64,000 nt of DNA, from positions 4,640,001 to 4,704,000 of the forward strand of contig OZ242029.1 in the NCBI GenBank assembly GCA_965205015.1, in the 5' to 3' direction. Below, piece after piece: positions 41,027 to 52,441 of this stretch. Numbering within the stretch: the first letter of the stretch is position 1; every line of letters begins with the position of its first letter. The DNA is from Candidatus Poribacteria bacterium (GTDB lineage Bacteria > Poribacteria > WGA-4E > WGA-3G). Both the position numbers and the translations under genes were made by a program. The notes under the pieces were generated by a model. That model was not told where the DNA came from. It saw only the letters and a list, made by a program, of their open reading frames with translations, and ran no database searches.

Positions 41027-41803
41027 TTATGCAACATCTCTCCGAGATATGCTTATCCGCCATGCGCCCAAAAAACAGCAACCCCCGATCACCATCTGCC
41101 ATATACCGACGAGATACCACGGGTTTGGATACCTATAATCGTATGAAGTAACGGGTGTTAGTTCGTAAAGCACAGGTTTTCTAAAGATGTCCAACCCCTC
41201 AAAGATACAGCACACAACGATAAGTGGGTTCAGGTGTAAGACTGGTGGAATAAAAGGTTGAAGATTGTTCACATAACGCTCCAAAGGCTTGATTAGAAAC
41301 GCGCCCCCAATCAAAACACACCATAACAGGGTGGCAAACTCTGCGCTGAAGAGGACATCTCGAAAGACCTGAGTCCCCCATACCCCGACCGCCGCTGCCG
41401 AAAAACTATAAATCGCCAGTATAACGAACATCTGGAACGCCTGCGTGAAGGGTATGCGAGTAACGAACAGAGCCGCCCCTGTCAATAAAAACACCCAACA
41501 CAACATCGGTATCTGACTTACCAGAAGAAGCCTTAACAATCTTTGTCCAGAAGATATAGGACTCAGGGCATACTGTGCGTCAAAGCTTGTATTATGAACA
41601 GTCCGGGCGGCAAGATAGGGCGCAACGAAAAGCACTACGAACACCTGCGCCATAAAAAAACACTCTATCGGTAGACCGAGTTTTGCCTGCATCAACACCT
41701 TATAGATAATCCAGAGCAAAAAACTCGAGATGACAAACCAAGTGATAAGTGTTCGCAGGAAGTGGTTTCGATCGCTCAGCGTCGTATCCATACACTGATT
41801 CAT
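41027..41803 (-). CDS. integral membrane protein (ABC-2 permease-like)
   Basis: about 6 hydrophobic helices; HLNP motif. Confidence 0.55.
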   Translation of the reverse strand: MNQCMDTTLSDRNHFLRTLITWFVISSFLLWIIYKVLMQAKLGLPIECFFMAQVFVVLFVAPYLAARTVHNTSFDAQYALSPISSGQRLLRLLLVSQIPMLCWVFLLTGAALFVTRIPFTQAFQMFVILAIYSFSAAAVGVWGTQVFRDVLFSAEFATLLWCVLIGGAFLIKPLERYVNNLQPFIPPVLHLNPLIVVCCIFEGLDIFRKPVLYELTPVTSYDYRYPNPWYLVGIWQMVIGGCCFLGAWRISISRRDVA

Positions 41804-42453
41804 TCACTTTGTGCCTGGTTCCGAAGCCGTAAGACTGCTTCGGCGATAGAGATGAGGTTCGGATTAATAACTAACGCTTGCTTATATGCCTCCAGTGCCT
41901 CGTCAATCTTACCGAGCCTGACATAAACGTGTCCCATTCCAGCAAACGCCCCAAAGTGATTCGGGTTCAGCGAGATCGTCCGTTTGCAATCACGAATCGC
42001 CTGACTCCATTCTTCAAGCATGAAATAAGCGATTGCGCGTTGGTTATATCCCTCGGCAAAATTCGGAGCCGTCTCAATTACAGCAGTGAAACATTCAACG
42101 GCTTGCTGATACGCCTCATTTTTGAGTAAGTTTTTACCATCCGCAAGCATCGCGTCAACAGCGTCATCACCAGAATGAGACCAGATTTCCCACAACGCGT
42201 ATTCCGCATTGAAGCGGGTCATACGGTCATTATTTTTCAGAGCGTCTACCAACGCAGGAATCGCATTTGAACTGCCGATTAACCGAAGTGCGAATCCCGC
42301 AGCACGTCCGACTAATGGTTCTTTGCTGTGAAGATAGCCGATCAGATCGGTCTCTGAATAGGTATCACTCAGAAGTCGTTTGAGTCTTTCAGCGTCCCCT
42401 GAATTCTTGAATATCAGTTTCGCTAATTCGGTAGATCCGTTGTTCATCAGCAT
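41800..42453 (-). CDS. HEAT plus TPR repeat protein
   Basis: AIPALVDAL; PNFAEGYNQRA, PNHFGAFAGMG. Confidence 0.85.
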   Translation of the reverse strand: MLMNNGSTELAKLIFKNSGDAERLKRLLSDTYSETDLIGYLHSKEPLVGRAAGFALRLIGSSNAIPALVDALKNNDRMTRFNAEYALWEIWSHSGDDAVDAMLADGKNLLKNEAYQQAVECFTAVIETAPNFAEGYNQRAIAYFMLEEWSQAIRDCKRTISLNPNHFGAFAGMGHVYVRLGKIDEALEAYKQALVINPNLISIAEAVLRLRNQAQSE

Positions 42454-42484
42454 GGTCAGCTCTCTCTATGCCACCCACACGGAA

Positions 42485-43063
42485 CTATGAAATGACTGCA
42501 GGCACGCGTCTGTAGATATCCCGCAACGGAAGTTCGCAACCGATGGAAATCAGGGGCAACACATCTTCATACCTCCGAAACTCGGTCGCGACCCACTGCA
42601 TCTTCATAAGACGATACTGTTCAACACAAAGCCTGTCCTGTGAAACGAGGATGTATTCTCGCAAGGATATGAGTTCTTGATACTGTGCAAATTTCTCGCC
42701 TCTGTCAAATACTTCCGTTGATGGTGAAAGCACCTCTACAACAAGGGTAGGGTTGAGAAGTGTGTCAAAGACATTATCCTCAAATTCGGGGTCGCCGCAA
42801 AAAACGATAACATCCGGATAAAAATAGGCACCTTTCGCACCCGTCTTCACGCGCATATCGTTGCTGATGACCTCACAATCCCGTCCTCTTAGTTGGATGT
42901 TAAGTTCAGTAACGATATCGGCAATGATGCGAGTAAGGGTAAGACTCGCTCCGGACATTGCAATTATCTGACCGCTCAGGTATTCGCTTTTAACTGTCGC
43001 CTTACGTTCCGAAGCGAGGTATTCCTCTGGTGTAAAGAAGGTTTCTGCTGCAAGGGACGACAT
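42485..43063 (-). CDS. Uma2 family endonuclease
   Basis: TPEEYL, YFYPDV, VEVLSPST, DRGEKF, EYILVSQ. Confidence 0.9.
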   Translation of the reverse strand: MSSLAAETFFTPEEYLASERKATVKSEYLSGQIIAMSGASLTLTRIIADIVTELNIQLRGRDCEVISNDMRVKTGAKGAYFYPDVIVFCGDPEFEDNVFDTLLNPTLVVEVLSPSTEVFDRGEKFAQYQELISLREYILVSQDRLCVEQYRLMKMQWVATEFRRYEDVLPLISIGCELPLRDIYRRVPAVIS

Positions 43064-43107
43064 ATTTATCTCCTTGAATGTGACGCGCCAACCCGTTCTG
43101 TTATCCA

Positions 43108-43229
43108 ATTATAGCATATCGTCGTTCGTATTGCAAGAAGAGTTTGCAGGCACCGAAGGGTATTTACGTTTAATGTGCGAAAGTAATGTGCGAAAGAGAC
43201 TTGCAATTTGCGAGGAGAGCTGCTACAAT
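43108..43229. promoter_or_regulatory. divergent sigma70 promoters
   Basis: minus TTGCAA-17-TATAAT (43136-43108); plus TTGCAA-17-TACAAT (43201-43229). Confidence 0.55.
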
Positions 43230-43289
43230 TTTTTACAGACGGGCGGAATAACTTGACCCCATACCAAACAACGGAGCAAGACACAAAGC

Positions 43290-44399
43290 GTGAAAAGACG
43301 AAAAATTCTCATCCTCTGTATCGATGCGGGTAGCCATGAGTACCTCGCAGCGAGCGATCTTCCCACCATCTGCCAGTTGGCAAAAAACGGATTTTATGTC
43401 CATGCCAATGCCGTTATCCCCTCGGTCACGAACGTCAACAACGTCAGCATTGCAACCGGATCCTTTCCCGAAACGCACGGTATCACGACGAATTACCATG
43501 TAGACAGGACAACCGGCAAAGGGGAATTTATCGAGGACAACCGCTTCCTCCTCGCGCCGACACTTTTTGAAATCGCAAAAGCCTGCAAATTCGCAGACAA
43601 AACGGCACTCTTCGTAACGAAGAAAAAATTACTACGGATGCTCGAAGCAGGCACAGATATAGCGATCGCCGCTGAATCACCACCTTCTGGATACATTCAC
43701 ACAGTCGGACCGGTTGAACCGATCTATTCAGCCGAAATCAATTGGTGGTTGCTTCGTGCCGTGCATGCGGTGCTACGCACAGACTCCCCAGAACTCGTCT
43801 ACTGCTCAACAACGGATTGGGTTCAACACAAATACGCCCCGGATGATGATCTCTCCCAACAGCACCTTGCGGAATTGGATAGGATTATCGGGAATATCAT
43901 TGATGATGACCCGGAACGTGAAATCTATATTACAGCCGATCACGGGATGTTGGCAAAAACGACTGCCATTGATCCAGGGCGCGTCCTAACAGAACACGGT
44001 ATCCCTGCAAGTGCTATCCCCATTATTAAGGATCGTTACGTCGCGCATCACGGCAATTTGGGGGGTGCCGCTTATGTGTTCCTCAAGGATCGCACCGATA
44101 TATCGCAAGCGATTCAAACCCTTCTGAATACGCCCGGTATTGAAGAGGTCCATTCCTCGGAAGATGCGGCACGCACATTCAGGCTCCATCGTGAACGGAT
44201 CGGAGACCTTTTCGTATTAGCAGACGAAACGACTGTTTTCGGTGAGTTGGAAACGGCTGTAGAACCGACTGCGGTGCGTTCACACGGGTCGCGGCACGAG
44301 AGTTACGTGCCAATCATTGGCTACAATAGCCCGTGGTCGGCAACAGATTTTGAATATAATGTCGATGTCGGAAGACTATTTTTAGAAAGTTTACGTTAG
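43290..44399 (+). CDS. alkaline-phosphatase-superfamily enzyme, phosphonoacetate hydrolase (PhnA)-like
   Basis: CIDA, PSVTNVNNVSIATG, DWVQHK, TADHGM, RSHG. Confidence 0.75.
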   Translation: MKRRKILILCIDAGSHEYLAASDLPTICQLAKNGFYVHANAVIPSVTNVNNVSIATGSFPETHGITTNYHVDRTTGKGEFIEDNRFLLAPTLFEIAKACKFADKTALFVTKKKLLRMLEAGTDIAIAAESPPSGYIHTVGPVEPIYSAEINWWLLRAVHAVLRTDSPELVYCSTTDWVQHKYAPDDDLSQQHLAELDRIIGNIIDDDPEREIYITADHGMLAKTTAIDPGRVLTEHGIPASAIPIIKDRYVAHHGNLGGAAYVFLKDRTDISQAIQTLLNTPGIEEVHSSEDAARTFRLHRERIGDLFVLADETTVFGELETAVEPTAVRSHGSRHESYVPIIGYNSPWSATDFEYNVDVGRLFLESLR

Positions 44400-44445
44400 G
44401 CAATTGTAGCGTAGACTGTTAGTCTGCATCACAAAAGGAGCAAAT

Positions 44446-45054
44446 ATGTTAACAGAAAAAGAGAAAACTGAAGGATGGATATCCCTGTTCGATGGTGAGA
44501 CACTCACGGGTTGGGGAGCCACTGGAAGTGCCGAAGGGTGGGTTATTGATGATGGCAGTATTCTCTGCACCGTTCAGGGCGGAAAATACCTCTATACCGA
44601 ACAACACTACGGTAACTTCATACTCGCACTCGACTTCAAAACGGAGCCGAAAGTCAATAGCGGAATTTTTGTCCGATGGGCAGATCTGGAGGACGCCGTT
44701 CAGAGCGGACTCGAAATCCAGATTTTAGATACACACGGCAAGGAACCCACCGATAGCCACGACTGTGGTGCGCTCTACGATGCTTTGGGACCCACCCGAA
44801 ATACGTGTAAACCCGCTGGGGAATGGAATCAGATGACGATCACGTGCGATGGCAGTATTATCGCAGTGACACTCAACGGTGAAGAAATCGTCCGCGCAGA
44901 TTTGGACGAGTGGGACACGCCACACCAAAACCCAGATGGAAGTCGGAACAAATTCGGCATTGCCCTCAAAGATTTCCCCCGGAGCGGACATATCGGGATT
45001 CAGGACCACGGCGGAAAAATCTGGTGCAGAAACATTAAAGTCAAACCGCTATAG
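44446..45054 (+). CDS. DUF1080 (3-keto-disaccharide hydrolase-like) protein
   Basis: LFDGETLTGW, NSGIF, EIQILD, GEWN, GHIGIQDHG. Confidence 0.88.
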   Translation: MLTEKEKTEGWISLFDGETLTGWGATGSAEGWVIDDGSILCTVQGGKYLYTEQHYGNFILALDFKTEPKVNSGIFVRWADLEDAVQSGLEIQILDTHGKEPTDSHDCGALYDALGPTRNTCKPAGEWNQMTITCDGSIIAVTLNGEEIVRADLDEWDTPHQNPDGSRNKFGIALKDFPRSGHIGIQDHGGKIWCRNIKVKPL

Positions 45055-45106
45055 AAGGTCCACAGCTCGCTCTTTTATCCGTGGTTCTTAAGCTTTGCAA
45101 CTGAAA

Positions 45107-45199
45107 CAGAACTTACGCAGCATCCTTTGCTGGCGAGGTTTCAAACCTCGCCAGCGGTGTGTGGGCCGTAGGTCTTCCATAGAAATTGCGTAAATTCTA
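45107..45199. repeat. 93-bp MITE-like element, copy 2 (inverted)
   Basis: reverse complement of 38063-38155 with few mismatches. Confidence 0.85.
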
Positions 45200-45260
45200 C
45201 TGACGAAAAAACGAAATCCTTTGGACAATCCGACAGAAGTTGTGATATACTATCTATATT

Positions 45261-47066
45261 ATGCCAACGAATCTTGAAAACATACGGAATTTCTGCATTT
45301 TAGGGCACATCGACCACGGAAAAAGCACACTGAGCGATAGACTCCTCGAGCACACAAACACGCTCGCTGCGCGCGAGATGCGCGAACAGGTGCTGGATTT
45401 GATGGATTTAGAGCGTGAACGCGGTATCACTATTAAAGCAACCGCTGTCAAACTCCATTACCCCGCCGCTGATGGAAACCGCTACGAACTTAATTTGATC
45501 GATACACCCGGACACGTCGATTTCACGTACGAGGTCTCCCGGAGCCTCGCTGCGTGCGAAGGTGCCATTCTCATCGTTGATGCCGCCCAAGGGGTCGAAG
45601 CACAAACCTTAGCGAACGCATATCTCGCGATTGACAATGACCTTGAGATTATCCCCGTCGTCAATAAAATTGATTTACCTACCGCACAACCCGATGAAGC
45701 CAGACGACAGATCGAAGAGGTCATCGGTATCCCTGCTGACGATGCACTCCTCGTGAGCGCGAAAATGGGGACCGGTATCCCCTCAATATTAGAAGCGATT
45801 ATCAACCGAATCCCTGCACCTATCGGCGAACCGGAAGCCCCTTTAAAGGCACTCGTGCTCGACTCCGTCTATAATAACTATCGGGGGGTCATTATGTACA
45901 CGCGTATCTTTGAGGGGAGTGTGAAGATAGGGGAAAAGGTTCAACTCATGGAGACGAAACGTTCCTATGAGGTTGAGGAGGTCGGCATCTTCACACCAGA
46001 AATGCAACCGACCGCTGAACTCCGCACGGGTGCCGTCGGCTACCTCATCGCAGGCATCCGAGAGATCGACAAAGCGAAAATCGGGGATACAATCACGCAT
46101 CATACGAAACCGACAGCAACACCGCTTCCCGGTTATCGAGAGATGAAACCGCTTGTATTCAGCGGTCTCTATCCGGCAGACACAAACCAGTTTCATGCCC
46201 TGCGCGAGGCACTCGATAAACTACGCCTCAACGATTCCTCCTTCAATTTTGAACCTGAGACCTCCGTTGCCCTCGGTTTCGGGTTTCGGTGCGGTTTTCT
46301 CGGCTTGCTTCACATGGAAATTATTCATGAACGCCTCGAGCGGGAATTCGGACTCGCGCTCGTACGAACTGCACCGAGTGTGATGTATCGAGTCCACTTG
46401 AAAACGGGTGGGTACGTGCCGGTCGACAATCCAGCACATCTCCCAGAACCAAATAATATCGAACGAATTGAAGAACCGTATGTCAATATTGACATTATCG
46501 TTCCTCGCGACTATATTGGAAATGCGATGGAACTTTGTCAGAAGCGTCGGGGTATATATAAGCGGATGAACCAATTGGATGCACATCGCGTGCAACTGCT
46601 TTATGAACTCCCGCTCAGCGAAATGTTAATAGATTTCTATCCGAAACTTAAATCGTTGACACGCGGGTACGGTTCGTTAGAATATGATATCGGAGAATAT
46701 AAAACTGAAAAACTCGTCAAATTAGATGTGTTGCTGAACGGGAACCCCGTAGACGCGCTCTCAACGATTCTGCCACAAGACAATGCCGAAACGCGTGGTA
46801 AGGCATTAGTGACCAAATTGAAAGAATTAATTCCGCGCCAAATGTTTGAAGTCCCCGTTCAAGCCGCAATCGGCAACAAGATTGTTGCCCGTGAAACAGT
46901 TCGGGCACTTCGAAAAAATGTTACGGCGAAATGTTACGGCGGTGATGTGACGCGAAAACGGAAATTGCTTGAAAGACAGAAAGAAGGTAAAAAACGTCTC
47001 AAACAGATTGGCAACGTTGATGTGCCACAAGAAGCGTTCACGGCAATGCTTGCAACTGACGATTAA
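45261..47066 (+). CDS. lepA: elongation factor 4
   Basis: [39 protein letters not shown]. Confidence 0.98.
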   Translation: MPTNLENIRNFCILGHIDHGKSTLSDRLLEHTNTLAAREMREQVLDLMDLERERGITIKATAVKLHYPAADGNRYELNLIDTPGHVDFTYEVSRSLAACEGAILIVDAAQGVEAQTLANAYLAIDNDLEIIPVVNKIDLPTAQPDEARRQIEEVIGIPADDALLVSAKMGTGIPSILEAIINRIPAPIGEPEAPLKALVLDSVYNNYRGVIMYTRIFEGSVKIGEKVQLMETKRSYEVEEVGIFTPEMQPTAELRTGAVGYLIAGIREIDKAKIGDTITHHTKPTATPLPGYREMKPLVFSGLYPADTNQFHALREALDKLRLNDSSFNFEPETSVALGFGFRCGFLGLLHMEIIHERLEREFGLALVRTAPSVMYRVHLKTGGYVPVDNPAHLPEPNNIERIEEPYVNIDIIVPRDYIGNAMELCQKRRGIYKRMNQLDAHRVQLLYELPLSEMLIDFYPKLKSLTRGYGSLEYDIGEYKTEKLVKLDVLLNGNPVDALSTILPQDNAETRGKALVTKLKELIPRQMFEVPVQAAIGNKIVARETVRALRKNVTAKCYGGDVTRKRKLLERQKEGKKRLKQIGNVDVPQEAFTAMLATDD

Positions 47067-47103
47067 CAGGAGTAGGCACACGCCGTATGCCATAATATTC
47101 ACC

Positions 47104-47907
47104 ATGAACAATAATACACAGAAACACTCTCAGGTAACCGAAGAAAAAAGAATTCGGAAAGCAGCGATTTGTGAACATGCAAAATTCATCATTGTTTTAC
47201 TGATTCTTATGTTCGGTCTCATACGTCCATTTATTGTTGAAGCGTATAGGATTCCATCCGGATCCATGGAAGATACACTTCTCATCGGAGATCAGATTCT
47301 GGTATGCAAGTTTATCTATGGGGTCAAGGTCCCTGGCACGGATATAAAAATTTTTGATTTTCACGAACCCGCACGCGGTGATATCGCCGTTTTTATTCCG
47401 TCCCACGATGAACGACATTTTATTAAGCGCATTGTAGCCGTTGAAGGGGATACCGTTGAAACACGGGACGATACACTTTATGTGAACGGTAAAGCAGTTG
47501 AAGACAAGCACTACACGAAGCATCTGCGGTTCAGCCATTTTAGAAAAGATTTCCCACCCTTCCGGATACCCGAACATCTTCCGACTGGCGAAAGTTATGA
47601 CGACTATACCCTGACCGAAAGTCAATTTAGACGCAAGTACCCTCAAGGAAATCCATTCATTGTGCCAAAAGGGATGGTGTTCGTCATGGGCGATAACCGC
47701 GACCAGAGTAGTGATAGCCGTTTCTGGGGACCCGTTGCTGTAGATGATATCAAAGGACAAGCGTTCATGATTGTGTTTTCGGTTGCCAAGCGTCCGGCGA
47801 AGTTGTGGGAAGTATGGAAGCTGATAGGCAACATTCGGTTTAATCGTATTGGTAAACTTATCCCTTCGGAATCTGATTCGTTCAAGGCAAACTATGGTAG
47901 ATTTTAG
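47104..47907 (+). CDS. lepB: signal peptidase I, paralog 1
   Basis: IPSGSMEDTL, FIKR, GDNRDQSSDSR. Confidence 0.92.
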   Translation: MNNNTQKHSQVTEEKRIRKAAICEHAKFIIVLLILMFGLIRPFIVEAYRIPSGSMEDTLLIGDQILVCKFIYGVKVPGTDIKIFDFHEPARGDIAVFIPSHDERHFIKRIVAVEGDTVETRDDTLYVNGKAVEDKHYTKHLRFSHFRKDFPPFRIPEHLPTGESYDDYTLTESQFRRKYPQGNPFIVPKGMVFVMGDNRDQSSDSRFWGPVAVDDIKGQAFMIVFSVAKRPAKLWEVWKLIGNIRFNRIGKLIPSESDSFKANYGRF

Positions 47908-47986
47908 GTAGATTTTAGAATTACTTGGACATTGTAATTGGTGTATTTGTGGGCAGTAATTGGTGTATTTGTGGGCAGTAATTGGT

Positions 47987-49341
47987 CTGATATTTATCAC
48001 AGTTATCATGAAGGCAGTAATAACAAAGAGAAAGCAGGTATAGCAAGGTGAAAATGCGATGGTTTTGAAAAGGGTGCTTGATTTTTAGCACATGAAATGG
48101 CATCCTAAGGATTCAGAGAACCACCTTTGAGTCATTAGGAGGCCATCGCATGCGTGATCATCTTATCAAATCCACCCTCTTTTTTCAAGACCTTCTTTGT
48201 TCTTCCTTTCAGTGTATGAAGCGTCAAGTCGTTGAGACACTGCTGCTGCTCTGCGTTTGTCATCTCTTTGGACTTTACAACCCGAATCAAGTTGCCGATG
48301 CCTTGGAACTTCCGAAAGCCGGTCTTTATCGGCACCTCGGTTCTCTGAGTTTCTATCACTCGAAGTCTTTGAATCTACGACTCGGGTGTGCGATGGCAGT
48401 CGATTTCATCAAAGACGCCGAAAGCAAGAGTGCTTCAACGCAATCGCGGCGGCGGATTACCGTCAGTGTTGATGATACGAATCTACCTCGCTACGGAGAG
48501 ACGCTCTCTTATTGTTCAAAGTGGTGGTCGAAAAAACACAAGACCTCTATCTGGTGTCAGAACGTCTTAGGGATCACACTAAAAGTTGGCGATCGCGTGA
48601 TTCCATTACAGACGCGTCTTGTCAGTAAACAAGGACGTGGCAATACAGATAAACCGAGTCTTGCGATAGCGATGCTCAAAGATGTCTTAGATTTCTTTGA
48701 TACCCAAGGCGTTGATCTAAGAAAGTATCCGATTACCTTCGATTCGTGGTATGGCAGTCGTAAACTCGTTGAGGCCTTATCGGAGTTAGGGTTTGCTTGC
48801 ATACTCGTTCACGGAAAAAACAACTATGTCATGACCATAGGCGATACAACTGCGAAACTTTCGGCTCATAAAAAGCACATAGAGTTGCGTGAAGATCAAT
48901 GGGGGTGTGATAAACCCGTCTGTCGTCTCAAAGCGGAAAGCCCAACTTTTGGCGAGTGTGTCGTCATCTTCTTTGTGGATCGGAAAAAGATACGCACCCT
49001 CTTAATCTTTGGTAAACCGCTACGCACCTGCGAGGCACTGAGGATTTGGTCGCAACACCATGGTATTGAACAGTATTGGCGGTATTTGAAATCGAGTTTG
49101 CACATCTCCGCGATGAGTTTGGAAAGCAGAGAAGGTGCGTATGTGAGTCTTGGCATAAAAGCCATGAGCTACCTGATGTTGCTTCAAGTTAGCATCTCAG
49201 AGCGACGCACATTTCATCAAATACAGCTTCAACTCACCGGAGAAAGACAGACGCTCATGGATTTCATGACGCATTTTCATAAACTTAATCCTAAAGAACC
49301 TTGATAACTATTGCTTTAGGACAACTTTTGAGAAATATCAG
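47987..49341 (+). mobile_element. insertion sequence (IS4 superfamily, IS701/ISH3-like), 1355 bp
   Basis: IR CTGATATTT / AAATATCAG; 5-bp target duplication TTGGT (47982-47986 and 49342-49346). Confidence 0.88.
48150..49304 (+). CDS. DDE transposase
   Basis: SVDDT, FDSWYG, HHGIEQYWRYLK. Confidence 0.85.
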   Translation: MRDHLIKSTLFFQDLLCSSFQCMKRQVVETLLLLCVCHLFGLYNPNQVADALELPKAGLYRHLGSLSFYHSKSLNLRLGCAMAVDFIKDAESKSASTQSRRRITVSVDDTNLPRYGETLSYCSKWWSKKHKTSIWCQNVLGITLKVGDRVIPLQTRLVSKQGRGNTDKPSLAIAMLKDVLDFFDTQGVDLRKYPITFDSWYGSRKLVEALSELGFACILVHGKNNYVMTIGDTTAKLSAHKKHIELREDQWGCDKPVCRLKAESPTFGECVVIFFVDRKKIRTLLIFGKPLRTCEALRIWSQHHGIEQYWRYLKSSLHISAMSLESREGAYVSLGIKAMSYLMLLQVSISERRTFHQIQLQLTGERQTLMDFMTHFHKLNPKEP

Positions 49342-49482
49342 TTGGTGTATTTGTGGGCAGTAATTGGTGTATTTGTGGGCAGGCACAAGACCTGCCCCTA
49401 CAAGATGTCCGCATATTTTGATAATTCACCATAAATTGAGAAAGGGAGAATGCTTTCTTACTAACACCGGCTTTATAATATT

Positions 49483-50250
49483 ATGAATAACAACGATACA
49501 CAGTTATCTAAATGGCAAAAATTTCGGAAGACGATTGTATGGGAATATACCCAAGTCATCGTCGTCGCCCTCATTCTCGTTTTCGGATTCATACGTCCTT
49601 TTGTTGTTGAGGCATTCAAAATCCCCTCCGGCTCAATGGAAGATACGCTTCTTATCGGAGACCGGATTTTGGTATGCAAATTTATCTACGGCATCAAAAT
49701 CCCCGGCACAGACATCAAGGTTCTTGATTTCCATAAGCCTGCCCGAGGCGATGTTTTCGTTTTCATCCCACCCCACGATCGGAAACGAAATTTCATCAAA
49801 CGCATCGTAGCCATTGAAGGGGATACCATCGAAACGAACGGCGACACACTCTATGTAAACGGTGAAGCGGTCGACGATCAGCATTACACGAAATACATGA
49901 ACTTCAGCCATTTTAGAAAAGATTTTCCACCGTTCCGGGAACCAGAATATCTCCCCACAGGTGAAAGTTATGACGACTACACCTTGACTGAAAGCCAGTT
50001 TAGGCACAAGTATCCCGAAGGAAATCCATTCACGGTGCCCAAAGGCAGGGTGTTTGCCATGGGTGATAATCGCGATCAGAGCAGTGATAGCCGTCGGTGG
50101 GGTCCCGTAGATGTAAGCGATATCAAAGGACAAGCATTTATGGTGTACTGGTCATCTGATTCTCGTCCAGCGAAGTTGTGGGAAGTGTGGAAGATCGTCG
50201 GTAACGTCCGCTTCAAGCGAATCGGCAAACTCATCCATACTCAGCCTTAA
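49483..50250 (+). CDS. lepB: signal peptidase I, paralog 2
   Basis: IPSGSMEDTL, FIKR, GDNRDQSSDSR. Confidence 0.93.
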   Translation: MNNNDTQLSKWQKFRKTIVWEYTQVIVVALILVFGFIRPFVVEAFKIPSGSMEDTLLIGDRILVCKFIYGIKIPGTDIKVLDFHKPARGDVFVFIPPHDRKRNFIKRIVAIEGDTIETNGDTLYVNGEAVDDQHYTKYMNFSHFRKDFPPFREPEYLPTGESYDDYTLTESQFRHKYPEGNPFTVPKGRVFAMGDNRDQSSDSRRWGPVDVSDIKGQAFMVYWSSDSRPAKLWEVWKIVGNVRFKRIGKLIHTQP

Positions 50251-50252
50251 TA

Positions 50253-50390
50253 GTTTTCAGTTATCGGTTATCAGTTGTCAGTTAAGAGACATTCTGTAAC
50301 CATTGGAAAAAAGTTTGGAGTACTCCAAGAAGCGGTGGATTATACCCGAAGTCCTTTTAGCTGATAACGGACGACGGACGACGGACAACC
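50253..50390. repeat. heptamer tandem repeats in inverted arrangement
   Basis: TTTTCAG-TTATCGG-TTATCAG-TTGTCAG ... CTGATAA-CGGACGA-CGGACGA-CGGACAA. Confidence 0.6.
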
Positions 50391-50402
50391 GGAAGAAAAC
50401 CG

Positions 50403-52343
50403 ATGCATCAAGACAGACGACACCTCATCATTGGAACAGCAGGTCACGTTGACCACGGGAAAACCGCGCTCGTCGGGGCACTTACCGGCATGGAGACGGA
50501 TCGGCTTAAGGAAGAGAAAGAACGTGGTTTGTCTATTGAGTTAGGGTTCGCCTACTTCGACCTCCCGGACAACTCGCGTGCGGGTATCGTTGACGTTCCA
50601 GGGCACGAAAAATTCATCCGAAACATGCTCTCTGGGGCTTACGGTATGGATATCGTCCTCTTTGTCGTCGATGCGAAGGAAGGCGTTCAGGAACAGACCC
50701 TCGAACATCTGGCGATCTTAGATCTGCTCGGCATCTCAAACGGTATCCTCGTTATGACGAAATCGGACTTGGCAACCGCTGATGAATTGGCGGAAGCAAC
50801 CGAAATGACGCAGGAGATGCTCGTCGACACAAGCCTTGAAGGCATCCCAACTGTGAGTGTTTCCGCCATAACCGGTGCCGGTATTGAAACATTAAAAGAG
50901 ACCATCGTCACGCAGGTAGCAGTGGCGACGGAAACCGAAGAAAATGATGGTATTCCGCGGTTATACGTTGACAGAGTTTTTACTGTTCAAGGGTTTGGGG
51001 TTGTTGTGACAGGCACGCTCATCGGGGGCACCATCCATCAAGACCAGCGGATGGTGCTTCTTCCGCAGGGTCATGCGGTGCGGGTCCGAGGCATACAGGT
51101 GCACAATGAAACAGCCTCCGTCGCACAAGCCGGGCAGAGAACAGCATTGAACCTCTCCGGTATCTCTGCCCAGGACCTTCAACGCGGCGATGTCCTCTGC
51201 CCAATTGAATTCTCACAAGTGACGGATAATATTGACGTGTCGATGCAAGTGCTGTCCTCATTTCCACGGATGCTTGAACATTGGACGCGTCTCCGGGCGT
51301 ATCTCGGCACTCGCGAAATATTTTGCAGACTCATTCTACTCGTGGACGATGCCATTTTGCCGGGGGATACCATCCAGGTTCAACTTCGCTTAGAACACCC
51401 TATCCTAACGTTCAGAGGCGACAGAATTATTTTACGCGATTTTTCAGCACAATATACAGTCGGGGGTGGTGAAGTTATTAACCCATTTGCTCCGAAGCAT
51501 AAGCGGTTCACGCCAGAAACCATCGCCACTTTAGCACAATGGGAAGAAGCCGATGATGTGCAGATCGTGAACACTGTCTTAGAAAATAGCGAAACCCTTT
51601 GCGTGCCAGAGTCCTTCCTTCACTACTATTTACCGCATTCACAGACCAACGTGAATGCTATTTTGAGTCGCTTGGAAGCAGATGAAAAAATCGTACGTTG
51701 GGATAAATCGGGGAGATCACCGCTCGTTTCTGATGCAGTGCGGACGGCAAATACCCAAGAGAAAATTATAGAAACGTTGGCAGCGTTCCATTCGGCAGAA
51801 CCCCTCCTTGCCGGTCAAAACGCTTCACAACTGCGTCGAGAACTCACATTGGACGACATCGGTTTTGAGAAACTCGAAAATCGACTCATTACCGAGGGTC
51901 AACTCGCCAAAGAGGGCAATCTTCTCCGATTGGCATCTCACGAAATCCAGTTTTCCGAAGAGGAGGAAACTGCGAAGGAGAGACTCGAAAAATTATTCTT
52001 GGAAGCCCGTATGAATACACCCACTTTCAAAGAACTCAGCACGCACCTGCCAGAATATACACCACAACTGCTTGAATCCACGTTTTACGCGCTCCTGAAC
52101 TTAGGACAGTTTGTCAAAATAGCCGATAATTTCTTTATCCACAAAACCGTTTTTGAGGAGATACAGGCATTATTAACCACTTATCTTCGTGAAAATGATA
52201 CAATAACCGTTGCCGAATTTCGAGAAACGGCACAAACTTCTCGAAAATACGCGGTCCCGTTCTTGGAATATTGCGATAGCCGGAACCTCACAATCCGAGA
52301 CGGGAATATCCGTAAGTTGCATCCGCGGCACAGAGCACCATAA
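50403..52343 (+). CDS. selB: selenocysteine-specific elongation factor
   Basis: [28 protein letters not shown], winged-helix tail [11 protein letters not shown]. Confidence 0.96.
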   Translation: MHQDRRHLIIGTAGHVDHGKTALVGALTGMETDRLKEEKERGLSIELGFAYFDLPDNSRAGIVDVPGHEKFIRNMLSGAYGMDIVLFVVDAKEGVQEQTLEHLAILDLLGISNGILVMTKSDLATADELAEATEMTQEMLVDTSLEGIPTVSVSAITGAGIETLKETIVTQVAVATETEENDGIPRLYVDRVFTVQGFGVVVTGTLIGGTIHQDQRMVLLPQGHAVRVRGIQVHNETASVAQAGQRTALNLSGISAQDLQRGDVLCPIEFSQVTDNIDVSMQVLSSFPRMLEHWTRLRAYLGTREIFCRLILLVDDAILPGDTIQVQLRLEHPILTFRGDRIILRDFSAQYTVGGGEVINPFAPKHKRFTPETIATLAQWEEADDVQIVNTVLENSETLCVPESFLHYYLPHSQTNVNAILSRLEADEKIVRWDKSGRSPLVSDAVRTANTQEKIIETLAAFHSAEPLLAGQNASQLRRELTLDDIGFEKLENRLITEGQLAKEGNLLRLASHEIQFSEEEETAKERLEKLFLEARMNTPTFKELSTHLPEYTPQLLESTFYALLNLGQFVKIADNFFIHKTVFEEIQALLTTYLRENDTITVAEFRETAQTSRKYAVPFLEYCDSRNLTIRDGNIRKLHPRHRAP

Positions 52344-52441
52344 TTACATCACTTACTTTCTACTGGAATTCACCCAAAACCACCGTGAACGTCGTGAAGG
52401 GAACGTCGTGAAGGGTAACCAGATTCAGTAGTAAAAAAAAT

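Larger units (their letters stand above)
47892..49434. repeat. CTATGGT...ACCATA MITE with four 22-bp tandem units and a REP hairpin, interrupted by an IS
   Basis: GTAATTGGTGTATTTGTGGGCA repeats on both sides of the IS; right end matches 16704-16775. Confidence 0.65.

Noticed and set aside
47197-48009. 270-aa antisense ORF and other long shadow ORFs (e.g. 35930-36640)
   Set aside because: They lie opposite well-supported genes and show no motifs.
47934-49380. 22-bp repeats as a CRISPR array
   Set aside because: The units are head-to-tail with no spacers, the gap is an IS, and no cas genes are present.
52384-52414. GAACGTCGTGAAGG x2 before selC
   Set aside because: A short local duplication with no supportable function.
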